Positions 1 to 9,332 of a stretch of 64,000 nt of DNA are shown in pieces (position 1 is the stretch's first letter; each line of letters starts with the position of its first letter). The notes below the pieces were generated by a model that was not told the DNA's origin, did no database searches, and saw nothing but the letters and a program-made list of their open reading frames with translations. Source of the DNA: a virus. The position numbers were made by a program, and so were the translations under genes. The stretch lies in IMG/VR virus record IMGVR_UViG_3300024496_000030, positions 19,117 through 83,116 of that record; one strand, given 5' to 3'.

Positions 1-555
1 AGGGGATACGGGATAACCAGCCTGGTTAACAAGTTGCGTGCCACGACGGCTGGCCTCAATCTCAGAAAGAATGCGACCACTGTTATTGAGATAGTTCATC
101 CCTAAAGCAAGGGATGCAGCACGACGCGCAGAAGGAATAGCAGCACTAACACCAATCGTGGCTAACCCTATCACATTAGGATTGACGCCACCATAGGTAT
201 GACGTTGGATCCATTGGAGTGGGCCACCACCTGCTTCAATGGACTGGTGGCCAAGCTCATGGCCAAGGGTAAACTTACTTGCTTTATCAACGTTCAAAGA
301 AATTGCATTCTCACCTAGCTTTGAATAGCTGGCGCCAGATGGCTGAACGTTTGCAGTAATGGTTGGATTTAATCCTGTTTGTTGAGTATATTGACCAACA
401 ATTTGATTAAGGGCTGGCTGCTCAAAAGCAGATCCAGTCTCCTGCATTCCACGTTGTTGATATTGTTTAATGGCACCACGTTGTAAAGCACGTGCACCAG
501 CCATGCCAGCTAGTGCAACGCCACTTTGCAATGCTGTTTTAGCAGCTTGATTCAC
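1..555 (-). CDS. Zn-metallopeptidase-like protein, C-terminus runs off the window
   Basis: My translation from GTG 555 (overlaps the stop of 552..755): MNQAAKTALQ...FTLGHELGHQSIE...LSEIEASRRG; HExxH plus a distal Glu; open to position 1; absent from the ORF track. Confidence 0.65.
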   Translation of the reverse strand, partial: MNQAAKTALQSGVALAGMAGARALQRGAIKQYQQRGMQETGSAFEQPALNQIVGQYTQQTGLNPTITANVQPSGASYSKLGENAISLNVDKASKFTLGHELGHQSIEAGGGPLQWIQRHTYGGVNPNVIGLATIGVSAAIPSARRAASLALGMNYLNNSGRILSEIEASRRGTQLVNQAGYPVSP

Positions 556-755
556 TCGGGATCAAAGTATGGTTCAACATCTTGGTAACCGGCAGAACGG
601 TTCCAATAGTTGTAGCTATTAGGAGGCAGAGGACCAATCCGTTCATACGGGTTGTAGTCCATTGGTTGCAGTGTTGCCATTTCAGAGCGGATCTCTGGGA
701 TCAATTGCTCTGTATAAGCTTTTAATTGTTGCTTTGCTTTATCAGCTTTAGACAT
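552..755 (-). CDS. hypothetical virion-block protein
   Basis: ORF track; coupled to neighbours by overlapping start/stop codons. Confidence 0.6.
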   Translation of the reverse strand: MSKADKAKQQLKAYTEQLIPEIRSEMATLQPMDYNPYERIGPLPPNSYNYWNRSAGYQDVEPYFDPE

Positions 756-1312
756 CAGGATTCAGCCTCAGGTCCGTTGTTGTACATGGCCTCTGGCCCC
801 ATTGCAGCACGCAGTAAACGCTGACGCTCTTGCGCAGTCTTCATGTCATAGGACATGCGCATCTGTTGCATACCCAGTGGAGAACCGGGTTGGTTTAAAG
901 CGATATAGCTTGTTTGTAAATCAGAAGGCATTACGTTACCGCCCATGCGTCCTGCTTCGGGTGGAACGCGGTTACGGGGATCAGTGATGTGATACCCCAT
1001 CAAGGCATTCATGCCAGCATTAGCACCCATGCCACCAACAAAGGCACCAGTCATTGCAGCGCCAGCAGCGGCAAGACCGACATCACGTTTTTTGATAGCA
1101 CCTTTCATTCCAACAGAACTACCAAATTGTTGAGCCTGGCTACCCATGGTCTGCAAGAATTGTCCTACTTTCTGACCAACACCACTGCTTGCAGATTCTG
1201 CTGCTTTCATTCCTGCTTGTGCAACTTGTGCACCCTTTTGTTCAATGCCACGTGCAATGCCGCCTCCTAAATAAGCAGCTGCAGTACGTGCAGATTCTGG
1301 AAGCATTGCCAT
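755..1312 (-). CDS. Gly/Ala/Gln/Met-rich putative internal virion protein
   Basis: Composition and position in the late block. Confidence 0.6.
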   Translation of the reverse strand: MAMLPESARTAAAYLGGGIARGIEQKGAQVAQAGMKAAESASSGVGQKVGQFLQTMGSQAQQFGSSVGMKGAIKKRDVGLAAAGAAMTGAFVGGMGANAGMNALMGYHITDPRNRVPPEAGRMGGNVMPSDLQTSYIALNQPGSPLGMQQMRMSYDMKTAQERQRLLRAAMGPEAMYNNGPEAES

Positions 1313-1324
1313 ATCTTTAAAATA

Positions 1325-1351
1325 AAAAAGGGGCAGTAATCACTACCCCTT
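1325..1351 (-). terminator. intrinsic terminator after scaffold-like gene
   Basis: Minus strand AGGGGTAGT-GATT-ACTGCCCCT followed by a T run. Confidence 0.75.
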
Positions 1352-1377
1352 ATTCTAAACTCAATTGTTTTTAAAGA

Positions 1378-2352
1378 TCAGTCCATCACCAGGAGTTTCT
1401 GGCGGAACACACCGGGATTGCGCTGAGCCTGCGACAGATAACGCCAAGCATTTGCAGGGTCACGTTCAGCCACGTTGCCAAAGTTATCCCAGAAGTTTTG
1501 CGAATCCATGTCTAGCTGAGGACTGGGAGGAACTGGCATATTGGCCCGCTCCAGAGAGGGGTTGTAGTACTCCTGCTCAGGATAAGCTTGCTGCTCTTGA
1601 TAACCATAAGCAGGTTGCTCATCTTTAACGGGGTAGGGACCGTTCTCACCGAAGAACTCACAGGTGTAATCAGCCAGTACATCAGGATCAGTCAAGATCC
1701 GTTCGTAAGCTTGATGTTCCTGGGCCAGTTCTTCCAGCAGTTGAACAGCTTCTGTCAGTTGCTCATAACGAGCAATCAAAGCATCTTCAACGGTGCAGGC
1801 ATATTCATTGAGAACAGCAGGAGCATCGGCACCGAAGTGATCAATAACCTCAAGACTTTGAGGACTTACCCCGTTTGCGAGGAGCTGCTGCGTTGTTATT
1901 TCCTGCGATGTTTGGGAAGAGTTGGGCGAGTAACCCTGGCTGGACGGATAGATCGGGGCTGCCGAATTGTTGCTGTACCCCACGCTCTGTTGGGAACTGA
2001 AGCTGGCCGGGTCGATTCCTTGTGTCGGTGCGGACTGTTGACCCTGGAACGGGAATTGAACTGGTGAACTCAGGAGTGACACCACCCGGTTGAACGCTTC
2101 CTTGTACGGGTTCTCCGCTGTAGGTTGGGACGGCTGGTACGACTGGATAGGGGCGTAAGGTGCCGCCGAGATCTGCGCCTGCATCTGGGGCGCTGGTGCT
2201 TGGGCCGGCTGGTAAGGTGCCACCCACTGGCTGGTTGTTGCCACCGGAGCCTGCGCTGCCGTCTGTTGTGCTACCGGCGCCGCGTAGCTGCTCGGCGGGG
2301 TCGAATACTGTTGGGGTACCGATTGGATCGGCGCTGCGGTATCGGCCTGCAT
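1378..2352 (-). CDS. putative capsid scaffolding protein
   Basis: Follows portal; Q/P/A-rich disordered N-terminus, acidic coiled coil (EDALIARYEQLTEAVQLLEELAQEH). Confidence 0.55.
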   Translation of the reverse strand: MQADTAAPIQSVPQQYSTPPSSYAAPVAQQTAAQAPVATTSQWVAPYQPAQAPAPQMQAQISAAPYAPIQSYQPSQPTAENPYKEAFNRVVSLLSSPVQFPFQGQQSAPTQGIDPASFSSQQSVGYSNNSAAPIYPSSQGYSPNSSQTSQEITTQQLLANGVSPQSLEVIDHFGADAPAVLNEYACTVEDALIARYEQLTEAVQLLEELAQEHQAYERILTDPDVLADYTCEFFGENGPYPVKDEQPAYGYQEQQAYPEQEYYNPSLERANMPVPPSPQLDMDSQNFWDNFGNVAERDPANAWRYLSQAQRNPGVFRQKLLVMD

Positions 2353-4084
2353 AAGTTACCTCTTTCTGGAGACTTTCGAGTGTTCTGTAAAGGAATGGCG
2401 TCAGATCAAGACGCGGATCAGCTGCCAGAGGGAGATCTGGGCGCTGGGGGTGAGGAGTGCGCATCTCTTGATTAATGAGATCAAGGAACGATGCATACGC
2501 TCGTTGCACTTGGCCAACCATCCGGAAGGGATAACCAGAGAGCATTTCTGCTACCTCGTCATCCGTCTTGGACGGGAACAAGTACTTAAGTGCCTCAATA
2601 CTATCAACACCCAATTCTTGTAAGTTACGGGTAAAGATAGATTGATTAACTTTGTCCTGTGGCGTGTCTTCATAAACAGGACCCATCCAGCGCCAAAGCA
2701 CTGTGCGGTCGCCGTCAGGGGCAAGACCAATGACACCATTAGGAATTTCTTTGGTTTCAAAAGCTTTATCGAGAGCTTTCTCTAAACCCTTCTCATACTT
2801 TTCTTTTGCTTTTTGATGTTTCTCTAATGCTGCTTCATCTGCATTCTCAGGCAATATCGGATATGTTAACCCAGATGCAACTGCTAATGATTTACGGAAG
2901 AGCTGTTCTTCCTGATAGATCATCAACTCAAAGCAACGGCAGATGCCATAGGTATAGAGCTGCAGACACTTTTTCTTTGCTGTGGCGCTAACACGTCCGT
3001 AAGCTGATTTGATTTCAGTTGCGGTGACGTTAGTAATCGACAGGTCATCAATACCACCAAGCGCCAGGCGAATCTCAGAACGCAACTGATCCACATAGCG
3101 GGACTGGTCTGTACTGATGGCGTTAGGTGTAATGAAACCAACGCGATCAGTCGGCTCCAGGTTGGCAATCACCCGTGGCACACGTAGGCCGCCACCAGGA
3201 AGTCCGATGTAGCCAGCTTGCTTGCGCTCTGTTGGATCCTGTTTAAAGGTGGAGCTAGAGAGGGAGAACTCAGATTGGAAACCAGATTGGCTTGCAATGC
3301 TGGGGCGTTGTACTGCACCTTCCTGTGACGACTCAACAATGTCGTGCTTTGGACGGGAGGACAGCAGTGTGGGGTTACCAAAGAACGACAGGTTTGCCCT
3401 GATGTTCTTGACCATCTCATCGTGAGCAATGATCTGGTTAGCTAACCATTCAAACTCACCGCTGCCATCAGTACCAAAAGCGTCAGGGTTATTGAGAACT
3501 TCTACGCATGGAATAAAGCCCAGCGTGTTCTCAAGTACTTTGTTATCGTTGAAATTAAGTGTCGTCTCCAGGGAATCAAACGACAGTTCTTGTTCACTGT
3601 GGAGTTCGTGAATCTCACTTGGCGTGATACGGAGCCGCACATAACGCTTATCAGTAACCAGGCCTACGCCACCAAATCCACGACTGGATTTAACCTTATA
3701 TGCATAGATGATGATGACTTCTTCTAGATCACCATCTGGAGAGTAATAAGTACGGTAAGCATCTTTATCAAACCAATACAAACGATAGGTTTTCTTTGTT
3801 GGCCTGATGTAAAACAGTCCTTTACCGTAAGATAAAAACCGATCCCAAATAGAATCTAAGCGTGCATCTAAACGATTGAACTTGATAACTTGTTGGATAA
3901 AATCAAAACGTTGCGTTCCAAAGTTATCTTGATTGGGATAAAACTCGACGCCCTGCCGAATCCCAAACATTTTCATTTGGGAGAGGTGGGCATTGATGAG
4001 CATCGTGTCTGCCGTGCCCGTGGACTCACGGTTCACAACAGCTTTGAGCATTCCTTCTAAAACGGATTGGCTCTGGGTGCTCAT
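1850..4084 (-). CDS. portal protein with long low-complexity C-terminal tail
   Basis: 744 aa, just downstream of TerL; portal-like helical segments (GFIPCVEV, ATEIKSAY). Confidence 0.7.
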   Translation of the reverse strand: MSTQSQSVLEGMLKAVVNRESTGTADTMLINAHLSQMKMFGIRQGVEFYPNQDNFGTQRFDFIQQVIKFNRLDARLDSIWDRFLSYGKGLFYIRPTKKTYRLYWFDKDAYRTYYSPDGDLEEVIIIYAYKVKSSRGFGGVGLVTDKRYVRLRITPSEIHELHSEQELSFDSLETTLNFNDNKVLENTLGFIPCVEVLNNPDAFGTDGSGEFEWLANQIIAHDEMVKNIRANLSFFGNPTLLSSRPKHDIVESSQEGAVQRPSIASQSGFQSEFSLSSSTFKQDPTERKQAGYIGLPGGGLRVPRVIANLEPTDRVGFITPNAISTDQSRYVDQLRSEIRLALGGIDDLSITNVTATEIKSAYGRVSATAKKKCLQLYTYGICRCFELMIYQEEQLFRKSLAVASGLTYPILPENADEAALEKHQKAKEKYEKGLEKALDKAFETKEIPNGVIGLAPDGDRTVLWRWMGPVYEDTPQDKVNQSIFTRNLQELGVDSIEALKYLFPSKTDDEVAEMLSGYPFRMVGQVQRAYASFLDLINQEMRTPHPQRPDLPLAADPRLDLTPFLYRTLESLQKEVTYAGRYRSADPIGTPTVFDPAEQLRGAGSTTDGSAGSGGNNQPVGGTLPAGPSTSAPDAGADLGGTLRPYPVVPAVPTYSGEPVQGSVQPGGVTPEFTSSIPVPGSTVRTDTRNRPGQLQFPTERGVQQQFGSPDLSVQPGLLAQLFPNIAGNNNAAAPRKRGKSSKS

Positions 4085-4100
4085 AGTGGGAAAAAATTAA

Positions 4101-4286
4101 TTAGTTGTCTTCGATCTCGTAACCAGTTTGCAGGCGCCGTAAGGTAATTACGTCATCCTCTACCTCAATATCAAACTCAGTTCCTGGTTGGAGCGCCATG
4201 TCGTGACACAGCTCATCAGGTAAAGGAATGATAGCTGAACCGTAAGCATCTTGCTCAAGTTCAACAACAAAGTAACCGGTGCTCAT
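4101..4286 (-). CDS. AbrB/MazE (SpoVT-AbrB)-fold DNA-binding protein
   Basis: IIPLPDELCHDMALQPGTEFDIEVEDDVITLRR pattern. Confidence 0.75.
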   Translation of the reverse strand: MSTGYFVVELEQDAYGSAIIPLPDELCHDMALQPGTEFDIEVEDDVITLRRLQTGYEIEDN

Positions 4287-4326
4287 TTGGACGTAGTATC
4301 AGTCTAATTCCGACAATACTCTAACC

Positions 4327-5850
4327 TTAATATTCCAACTCCAACTTGCCCCGTGTCATCAGGCCATTGCAGAGCCAGACCATGGCATCCACACAATCGT
4401 CGTGAGAGCTAACGCCAAAGTTAATGATCTCATCATGGAGCGCTTGGAACTTGCGATACTTGTTGAAGAAGATCTTGCGCTGCTCAAACAGACCCATGAT
4501 GCCCCGGAAGCGTGCCAGTTTGTCGCCACGGAATCCTTTGACTGGATGCCAGATCATGTTGTAGAGACCGTGCTCACCTAAACAGATGCGCTTGAAGTCC
4601 GCCTCCAGAGATGCTTGGTAGGCCACCGCTTCTGACCAAATATCCACGTTGGATCCAGTGGGGAAATATTTGTCACCATCTTTATAAACAATTCCCCATT
4701 CATACATCATTTCCATCATGGCTTCTAGCTTCTCCAGGTTGCCCATCAACCGGAGGCGCTTGGTATCAATGATGTAGATCTTGTCCCCAACCCTACCCCC
4801 TAGTACAAACACACTATAGTCATTACGTTCACGGACACCAGCTGATAGGTCAACACCAACGCCCAACGTGTCGAACTCAGTTGGGATCTTGCTCTTGATT
4901 AGCAGCTCAGGAGAAACCGACAGCTCACTGGTTTGGATAATCTGGTTTTGATACTGGAAACTAAAACTGATGGGAGCCTGGCGCTTACGATCTTGCAAGT
5001 ATTCCAGTGACCACATCTCAGGCCAGTAGGATTTATCGTCACCATTCTCATCAACTGTAATGGCAGATTGAACAATCTGCACCCAATCATTGGCTGGCGT
5101 AAAGGTTGTGTTGTGAATGTCGTCATGGCGGAATCGGGTGCCAAGACAGATAGCCCGAGCACCTTCAAACATGGTCGGAACAATAACTGAGTTCCAGTTA
5201 TCTTCCATGGCTGCACGAATATCTTTGTTCTTAATATCGTCTGCACTCTTGATAGCGTCATCAATAATACAAAGGTGCGAACGTTTTGAGGTCACAGCAC
5301 CTTTCAAACCTGCACAACAAACAGTAAATTCTTCTTCACCAGTTGATCTAATCCCTGCAAACTTCCAATCAATACTCCAATATTCGTTAGAGTTGATCCC
5401 TTTGGCAATCTTAACCATTGGGAAGATTTCTTTATAGTGCTTATTCTCTTCAATGATTCGTTTAATGGCTGCACTCTTAGGACGTGCAACATCAACTGTG
5501 TAAGAAATATAGAGAATCTTTAGCGGTTTCTTGTGCAGTGCATGGATACCAATCGACCACGCTGTAAACAAACCAAGCACCGTGGATTTTGCTGAACCCC
5601 GTGGCGCCAGGATGTCTACATTGGGGCCAGCAATACCAATCAAACATTCAGAGTTGTTGCCTGTGCAAAGGTGCTCATGCCATAGGCGCATGTGCGTTGC
5701 AGGTGGTTTCTCACCTACAACATCACAGAAGTAAGAAAAATCAACCCGTGCTCTTTCAATATCAATATCGCTGGTCTTCTTAACAACCTGTTGCTTTGCA
5801 CCGGCACGGGCAGTCCGCCTGTAAACAGCGTAAAGGGATGTGTTTGCCAT
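4327..5850 (-). CDS. terL: terminase large subunit
   Basis: Walker A APRGSAKST, Walker B CIIDD, GTR coupling motif, nuclease GVDLS and HDDCVDA. Confidence 0.92.
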   Translation of the reverse strand: MANTSLYAVYRRTARAGAKQQVVKKTSDIDIERARVDFSYFCDVVGEKPPATHMRLWHEHLCTGNNSECLIGIAGPNVDILAPRGSAKSTVLGLFTAWSIGIHALHKKPLKILYISYTVDVARPKSAAIKRIIEENKHYKEIFPMVKIAKGINSNEYWSIDWKFAGIRSTGEEEFTVCCAGLKGAVTSKRSHLCIIDDAIKSADDIKNKDIRAAMEDNWNSVIVPTMFEGARAICLGTRFRHDDIHNTTFTPANDWVQIVQSAITVDENGDDKSYWPEMWSLEYLQDRKRQAPISFSFQYQNQIIQTSELSVSPELLIKSKIPTEFDTLGVGVDLSAGVRERNDYSVFVLGGRVGDKIYIIDTKRLRLMGNLEKLEAMMEMMYEWGIVYKDGDKYFPTGSNVDIWSEAVAYQASLEADFKRICLGEHGLYNMIWHPVKGFRGDKLARFRGIMGLFEQRKIFFNKYRKFQALHDEIINFGVSSHDDCVDAMVWLCNGLMTRGKLELEY

Positions 5851-5873
5851 CCCCTTACCCTAACTCCCTACAC

Positions 5874-6359
5874 TCAGGATTCTTCCGCCAGGATTTTTGT
5901 CCACACAGCCATGACTGCATCCTGGAGTGGACCTTCAATGGGATCATCCTTAAAGATCAAAACAATCTCACGCAACGCCCGATCAGCACCAGCAAGGATC
6001 AAACCTTGCTTATCACCAACGTAGCGTTCATCTTGAATTTGCTTGATGGCACCACGCAGTTCTTTCTGGAGCATGGCGATACGAGCAGTGCCGTTATCTT
6101 GTTTCACCATGCCCAGATCAATGGCTTGACGTAGCTTCTCTACGTCTTCTCGCATACTGCCTACTTCAATCTCCAGGATCTGTTGGAGATTAGTTTTCTT
6201 AAAGGTGGACTGCTGCCACTGGTCACAATCAACGATGCTACCTGTATACCCAAGAAAACGGGCATACAGGTACATTTGGATCGGAGAACTGTGCTTTTTA
6301 CAGAATGTAAGGAACGCTTCTTTTTCGTTAGGAGTTAAAGTTTCTAGCCAATCAATCAT
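5874..6359 (-). CDS. putative terminase small subunit
   Basis: 161-aa helical protein directly upstream of terL; assignment by position. Confidence 0.45.
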   Translation of the reverse strand: MIDWLETLTPNEKEAFLTFCKKHSSPIQMYLYARFLGYTGSIVDCDQWQQSTFKKTNLQQILEIEVGSMREDVEKLRQAIDLGMVKQDNGTARIAMLQKELRGAIKQIQDERYVGDKQGLILAGADRALREIVLIFKDDPIEGPLQDAVMAVWTKILAEES

Positions 6360-7327
6360 GCACGGAATGCGCTGCGTGCTTGACTATAATCCTTCTCCTC
6401 TCTATAGCGACGATAGAGTTCCTGTTGCAGTTCGGTTTCCCGCTGTTCTTGAGCTTGCTTGCCAACAGTCAAACGTTCTTCTGCACCCGTTAATCCAATC
6501 TGACGTTCTTGACCGGCAAGCAATTCAGATTGTGTTTTACGTTGCTCTCCACCTGTTAAACCGATTTGACGCTCTGCACTTTCAGAAGCAAGACGTTGAG
6601 TTTCAATCTGACCACGCGTTGATTCGGTGGCAGCAAAACGTGTGGCGCCAGCAGATTGTTCAGAAGCATATTTAGTTGCTTCTGCTTGTGCTTGAGCACC
6701 TTGCAGGTTAAATTCACCCAAACGCTCGTTGGATTTGTTTTCGAGCATCTGCTCATCCAAGCGATATTGACCCTCTAGCTCATTAAAGGTTTCTGCTTGG
6801 GAAGAACCAAGCACATCCATAATGCTGCCAAAGACGCTTTCAATATCGCCAAGATCAACAAAAGTGCCTGCAGGTGTTTTTGTTATTTGGGTTTTACCAC
6901 CATCTTTGCCTTTTCCATCTTTACCTTTATCTTTACCTTTTAAACTAATCGTGCCACTTTGAATGCCTTGCTTTAGAAGATCTTTACCTTGGCTGCCAAA
7001 CTTTTGAATTAACTGATCTTTTTCTTTAGGACTAATTGTAGATCCAAGACCAGATAGGAAAGTCTGTGCTTTTTGAATTGAAGTTTTTTGAGTACCGCCA
7101 CCAGACTTTGGCGTGCCAGAACTGGACGCTTTAGGCACACCGCCTGCTGGTGTTGGTTTTGGGGCAGAGCTAGAAGGCCCTGTGCGCGGTGCCGTTGGGG
7201 TTGTTGCCCGCGCTGTTGATGCAGCAGGAGCGGGCGGGGGAGACGGACGTGGTGCTGACGGTGGAGATCCACCTCCACTCCGTGCACCGCTGCCACCTTT
7301 GGATCCGCCACCTCCTTTTGCTGCCAT
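6356..7327 (-). CDS. putative ejection/internal virion protein
   Basis: G/S/P/K-rich N-terminus; repeated ERQIGLTGxExR coiled-coil units. Confidence 0.6.
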   Translation of the reverse strand: MAAKGGGGSKGGSGARSGGGSPPSAPRPSPPPAPAASTARATTPTAPRTGPSSSAPKPTPAGGVPKASSSGTPKSGGGTQKTSIQKAQTFLSGLGSTISPKEKDQLIQKFGSQGKDLLKQGIQSGTISLKGKDKGKDGKGKDGGKTQITKTPAGTFVDLGDIESVFGSIMDVLGSSQAETFNELEGQYRLDEQMLENKSNERLGEFNLQGAQAQAEATKYASEQSAGATRFAATESTRGQIETQRLASESAERQIGLTGGEQRKTQSELLAGQERQIGLTGAEERLTVGKQAQEQRETELQQELYRRYREEKDYSQARSAFRA

Positions 7328-7370
7328 GAAAAATCCTGTTTAAACTGCTTTAACTATTATAGAGTTGTTA

Positions 7371-7952
7371 TCAACGACGATAACGGAAAGGCTCAACCGT
7401 TGCACGCTTGAGATCACCAAATGCACGACGCTTTTCAGCTTGTGCAGATGCTGCTAAACCAAGTTGTTGTTGCATCGACAGGTTGCGTGCAGCTTGAGCA
7501 GTAGGAGATAACTCCTTCGTTTCAAAAGCTTGCATCTGACGATTCAGCTCCTGGTTGCGCATGTACTCTGTGAAGGGGAGTGATGCAGCACCAAACGCTG
7601 TAGCAGCGCCAAGGTTTAAAACGTTTTGCTTAGCTTCTGACTCCAGGAGATCTTGTTGTAGTGCTCTGGATAATTCCTTATAAGCATCTACATTTAAACC
7701 AGTTGGAGACAAATCCTGTGCACCAGCAACAGAAGGTGGTTGCGCAAAATATTGAAAAGGTTTGGCAACATCGCCAATTGTCTTTTTATATTCTTCTAAA
7801 GCAAGATCAATCGTTTTGCCAGTATTAAAATCAATTCCTTTGTATTTACCAAAAGCAGCTTTTAATTTATCAAGATCAATTTTATTACTAGCCGTTGCTC
7901 CAAAATAATTTGGTGTCGTGGACTGATAAAAGCTGTTGAAATCTTGAGGCAT
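7371..7952 (-). CDS. putative internal virion protein
   Basis: Q/A-rich, late block. Confidence 0.6.
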   Translation of the reverse strand: MPQDFNSFYQSTTPNYFGATASNKIDLDKLKAAFGKYKGIDFNTGKTIDLALEEYKKTIGDVAKPFQYFAQPPSVAGAQDLSPTGLNVDAYKELSRALQQDLLESEAKQNVLNLGAATAFGAASLPFTEYMRNQELNRQMQAFETKELSPTAQAARNLSMQQQLGLAASAQAEKRRAFGDLKRATVEPFRYRR

Positions 7953-7967
7953 GATCAGCCCCTCCTA

Positions 7968-8774
7968 TCAGAAGTAACGGTACTGGGTAGCACCAGCTTG
8001 ACCAATGTTGCTCATGAAACCTTCTGCCATTCGCTGAGCGCCAAGCTGACCTTGCTGACGCATTGCAGCATCAGTAGCCAGAGCAGTCGCCAGTTGAGCA
8101 GCCTTAGCACCACGGATCAGATCAGCTTCTTTCGAACGCTGCTGATAAGCTTCTTGGTAAGGGGCATAACGCAGAGCATTCTGCAGACTTTGCATGTACT
8201 GCTGTTGTTCAAAACGCAGCTGACTTTGAATAGCACCAAGAGGATCAGCGTAACCAGCAGTACCTGGAGGGCCGAACTGACCGAGGTTAGAGGGGGTCAT
8301 CTGACCAGACTCATAACCAGGCACATCAGGAAGCTGGGGCATACCTGCACCCGTTGCTTGCTGAGTTAAGCCAACAGCTTTGGAGATTGGAGTAACAGCC
8401 TTACCTGCAAGACTTGCGCCGCCAGCAGCAAGGGCAGGAACAGCTAAGCCACCGCCAATCAGCGCAGCACCGCCAAGACCTTTAGCAAGGGCAGCTTTAC
8501 CAAGAGCTTGCTGGCCAATCGGGTTAAGGGTGCTGGCGCCACTACGAGCAAACAATTGAGACGCTTTATAAGCTTCTGGAGCAACTTTTGCTGCAAGGCC
8601 TGTACCAGCAAGCCGTGTACCAATAGCACCGGCCGCACCAGGAAGAATAGCACCTAAACCCGTACCAAGGAGGCCACCGCCAATCGTTTGACCAATATCA
8701 CCACCACTACGTTTGTAAGCTTCTGCTGCGCCTAGTCCGCCTCCGAATAAAGCACTAATCAATAACGGGTTCAT
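7968..8774 (-). CDS. glycine-zipper putative ejection protein
   Basis: GxxxG-rich hydrophobic N-half, Q/A-rich C-half. Confidence 0.65.
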   Translation of the reverse strand: MNPLLISALFGGGLGAAEAYKRSGGDIGQTIGGGLLGTGLGAILPGAAGAIGTRLAGTGLAAKVAPEAYKASQLFARSGASTLNPIGQQALGKAALAKGLGGAALIGGGLAVPALAAGGASLAGKAVTPISKAVGLTQQATGAGMPQLPDVPGYESGQMTPSNLGQFGPPGTAGYADPLGAIQSQLRFEQQQYMQSLQNALRYAPYQEAYQQRSKEADLIRGAKAAQLATALATDAAMRQQGQLGAQRMAEGFMSNIGQAGATQYRYF

Positions 8775-8823
8775 GAAATTAAATCCTCTTAATTGTTATT
8801 TTAGAAGAACTATGCTCAACATC

Positions 8824-9330
8824 TTATGCGCCAAACATGCTTGCTGCTCTGCCACCTGCAGCAAGAAGTCCAGCAGCAACTTGTCCTCCGGGAATAATAC
8901 CTGCAATTGGTGCAGCAATGCTGGCAATACTGCTGATAACTCCGGGGCCTCCTCCAGACTGTGTGGTTTTTTGAGTAGCACCGGGCATGTACATTGTGTA
9001 GCCACGCCCACGTGCGGCAGTACCTGCATTAGATGCGTAGCCACGATAATCTTTGGAGTTGCTATAACCACTATTTTGTTGTTTATAAGCAAGCGCTTTA
9101 TTTAAAGCACTAACTCCTGCACTTAACCAATCTGGTTGATCAGAACGGGATCCTAATGCACCAGTTCCACTTAAACCTGGCAAATTTAAAGAGCCACCCC
9201 AATCAACACCTGGCGTTTGTCCCCAGTCAGTGCCGCCACCTGCAGAGCCCCAATCGTAACCACCAATGGTAGGTGCTTGGCCTTTAAAGATATTATCTGT
9301 TTGAACGTAATTGTCGTAAAGTCCAGCCAT
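8824..9330 (-). CDS. Gly-rich putative virion protein
   Basis: ORF track 8824..9363; start moved to ATG 9330, just after the upstream stop. Confidence 0.55.
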   Translation of the reverse strand: MAGLYDNYVQTDNIFKGQAPTIGGYDWGSAGGGTDWGQTPGVDWGGSLNLPGLSGTGALGSRSDQPDWLSAGVSALNKALAYKQQNSGYSNSKDYRGYASNAGTAARGRGYTMYMPGATQKTTQSGGGPGVISSIASIAAPIAGIIPGGQVAAGLLAAGGRAASMFGA

Positions 9331-9332
9331 TA

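Noticed and set aside
1-1377. Major capsid protein expected after the scaffold-like gene
   Set aside because: A terminator and unrelated small ORFs follow; no capsid-like ORF recognised anywhere in the window
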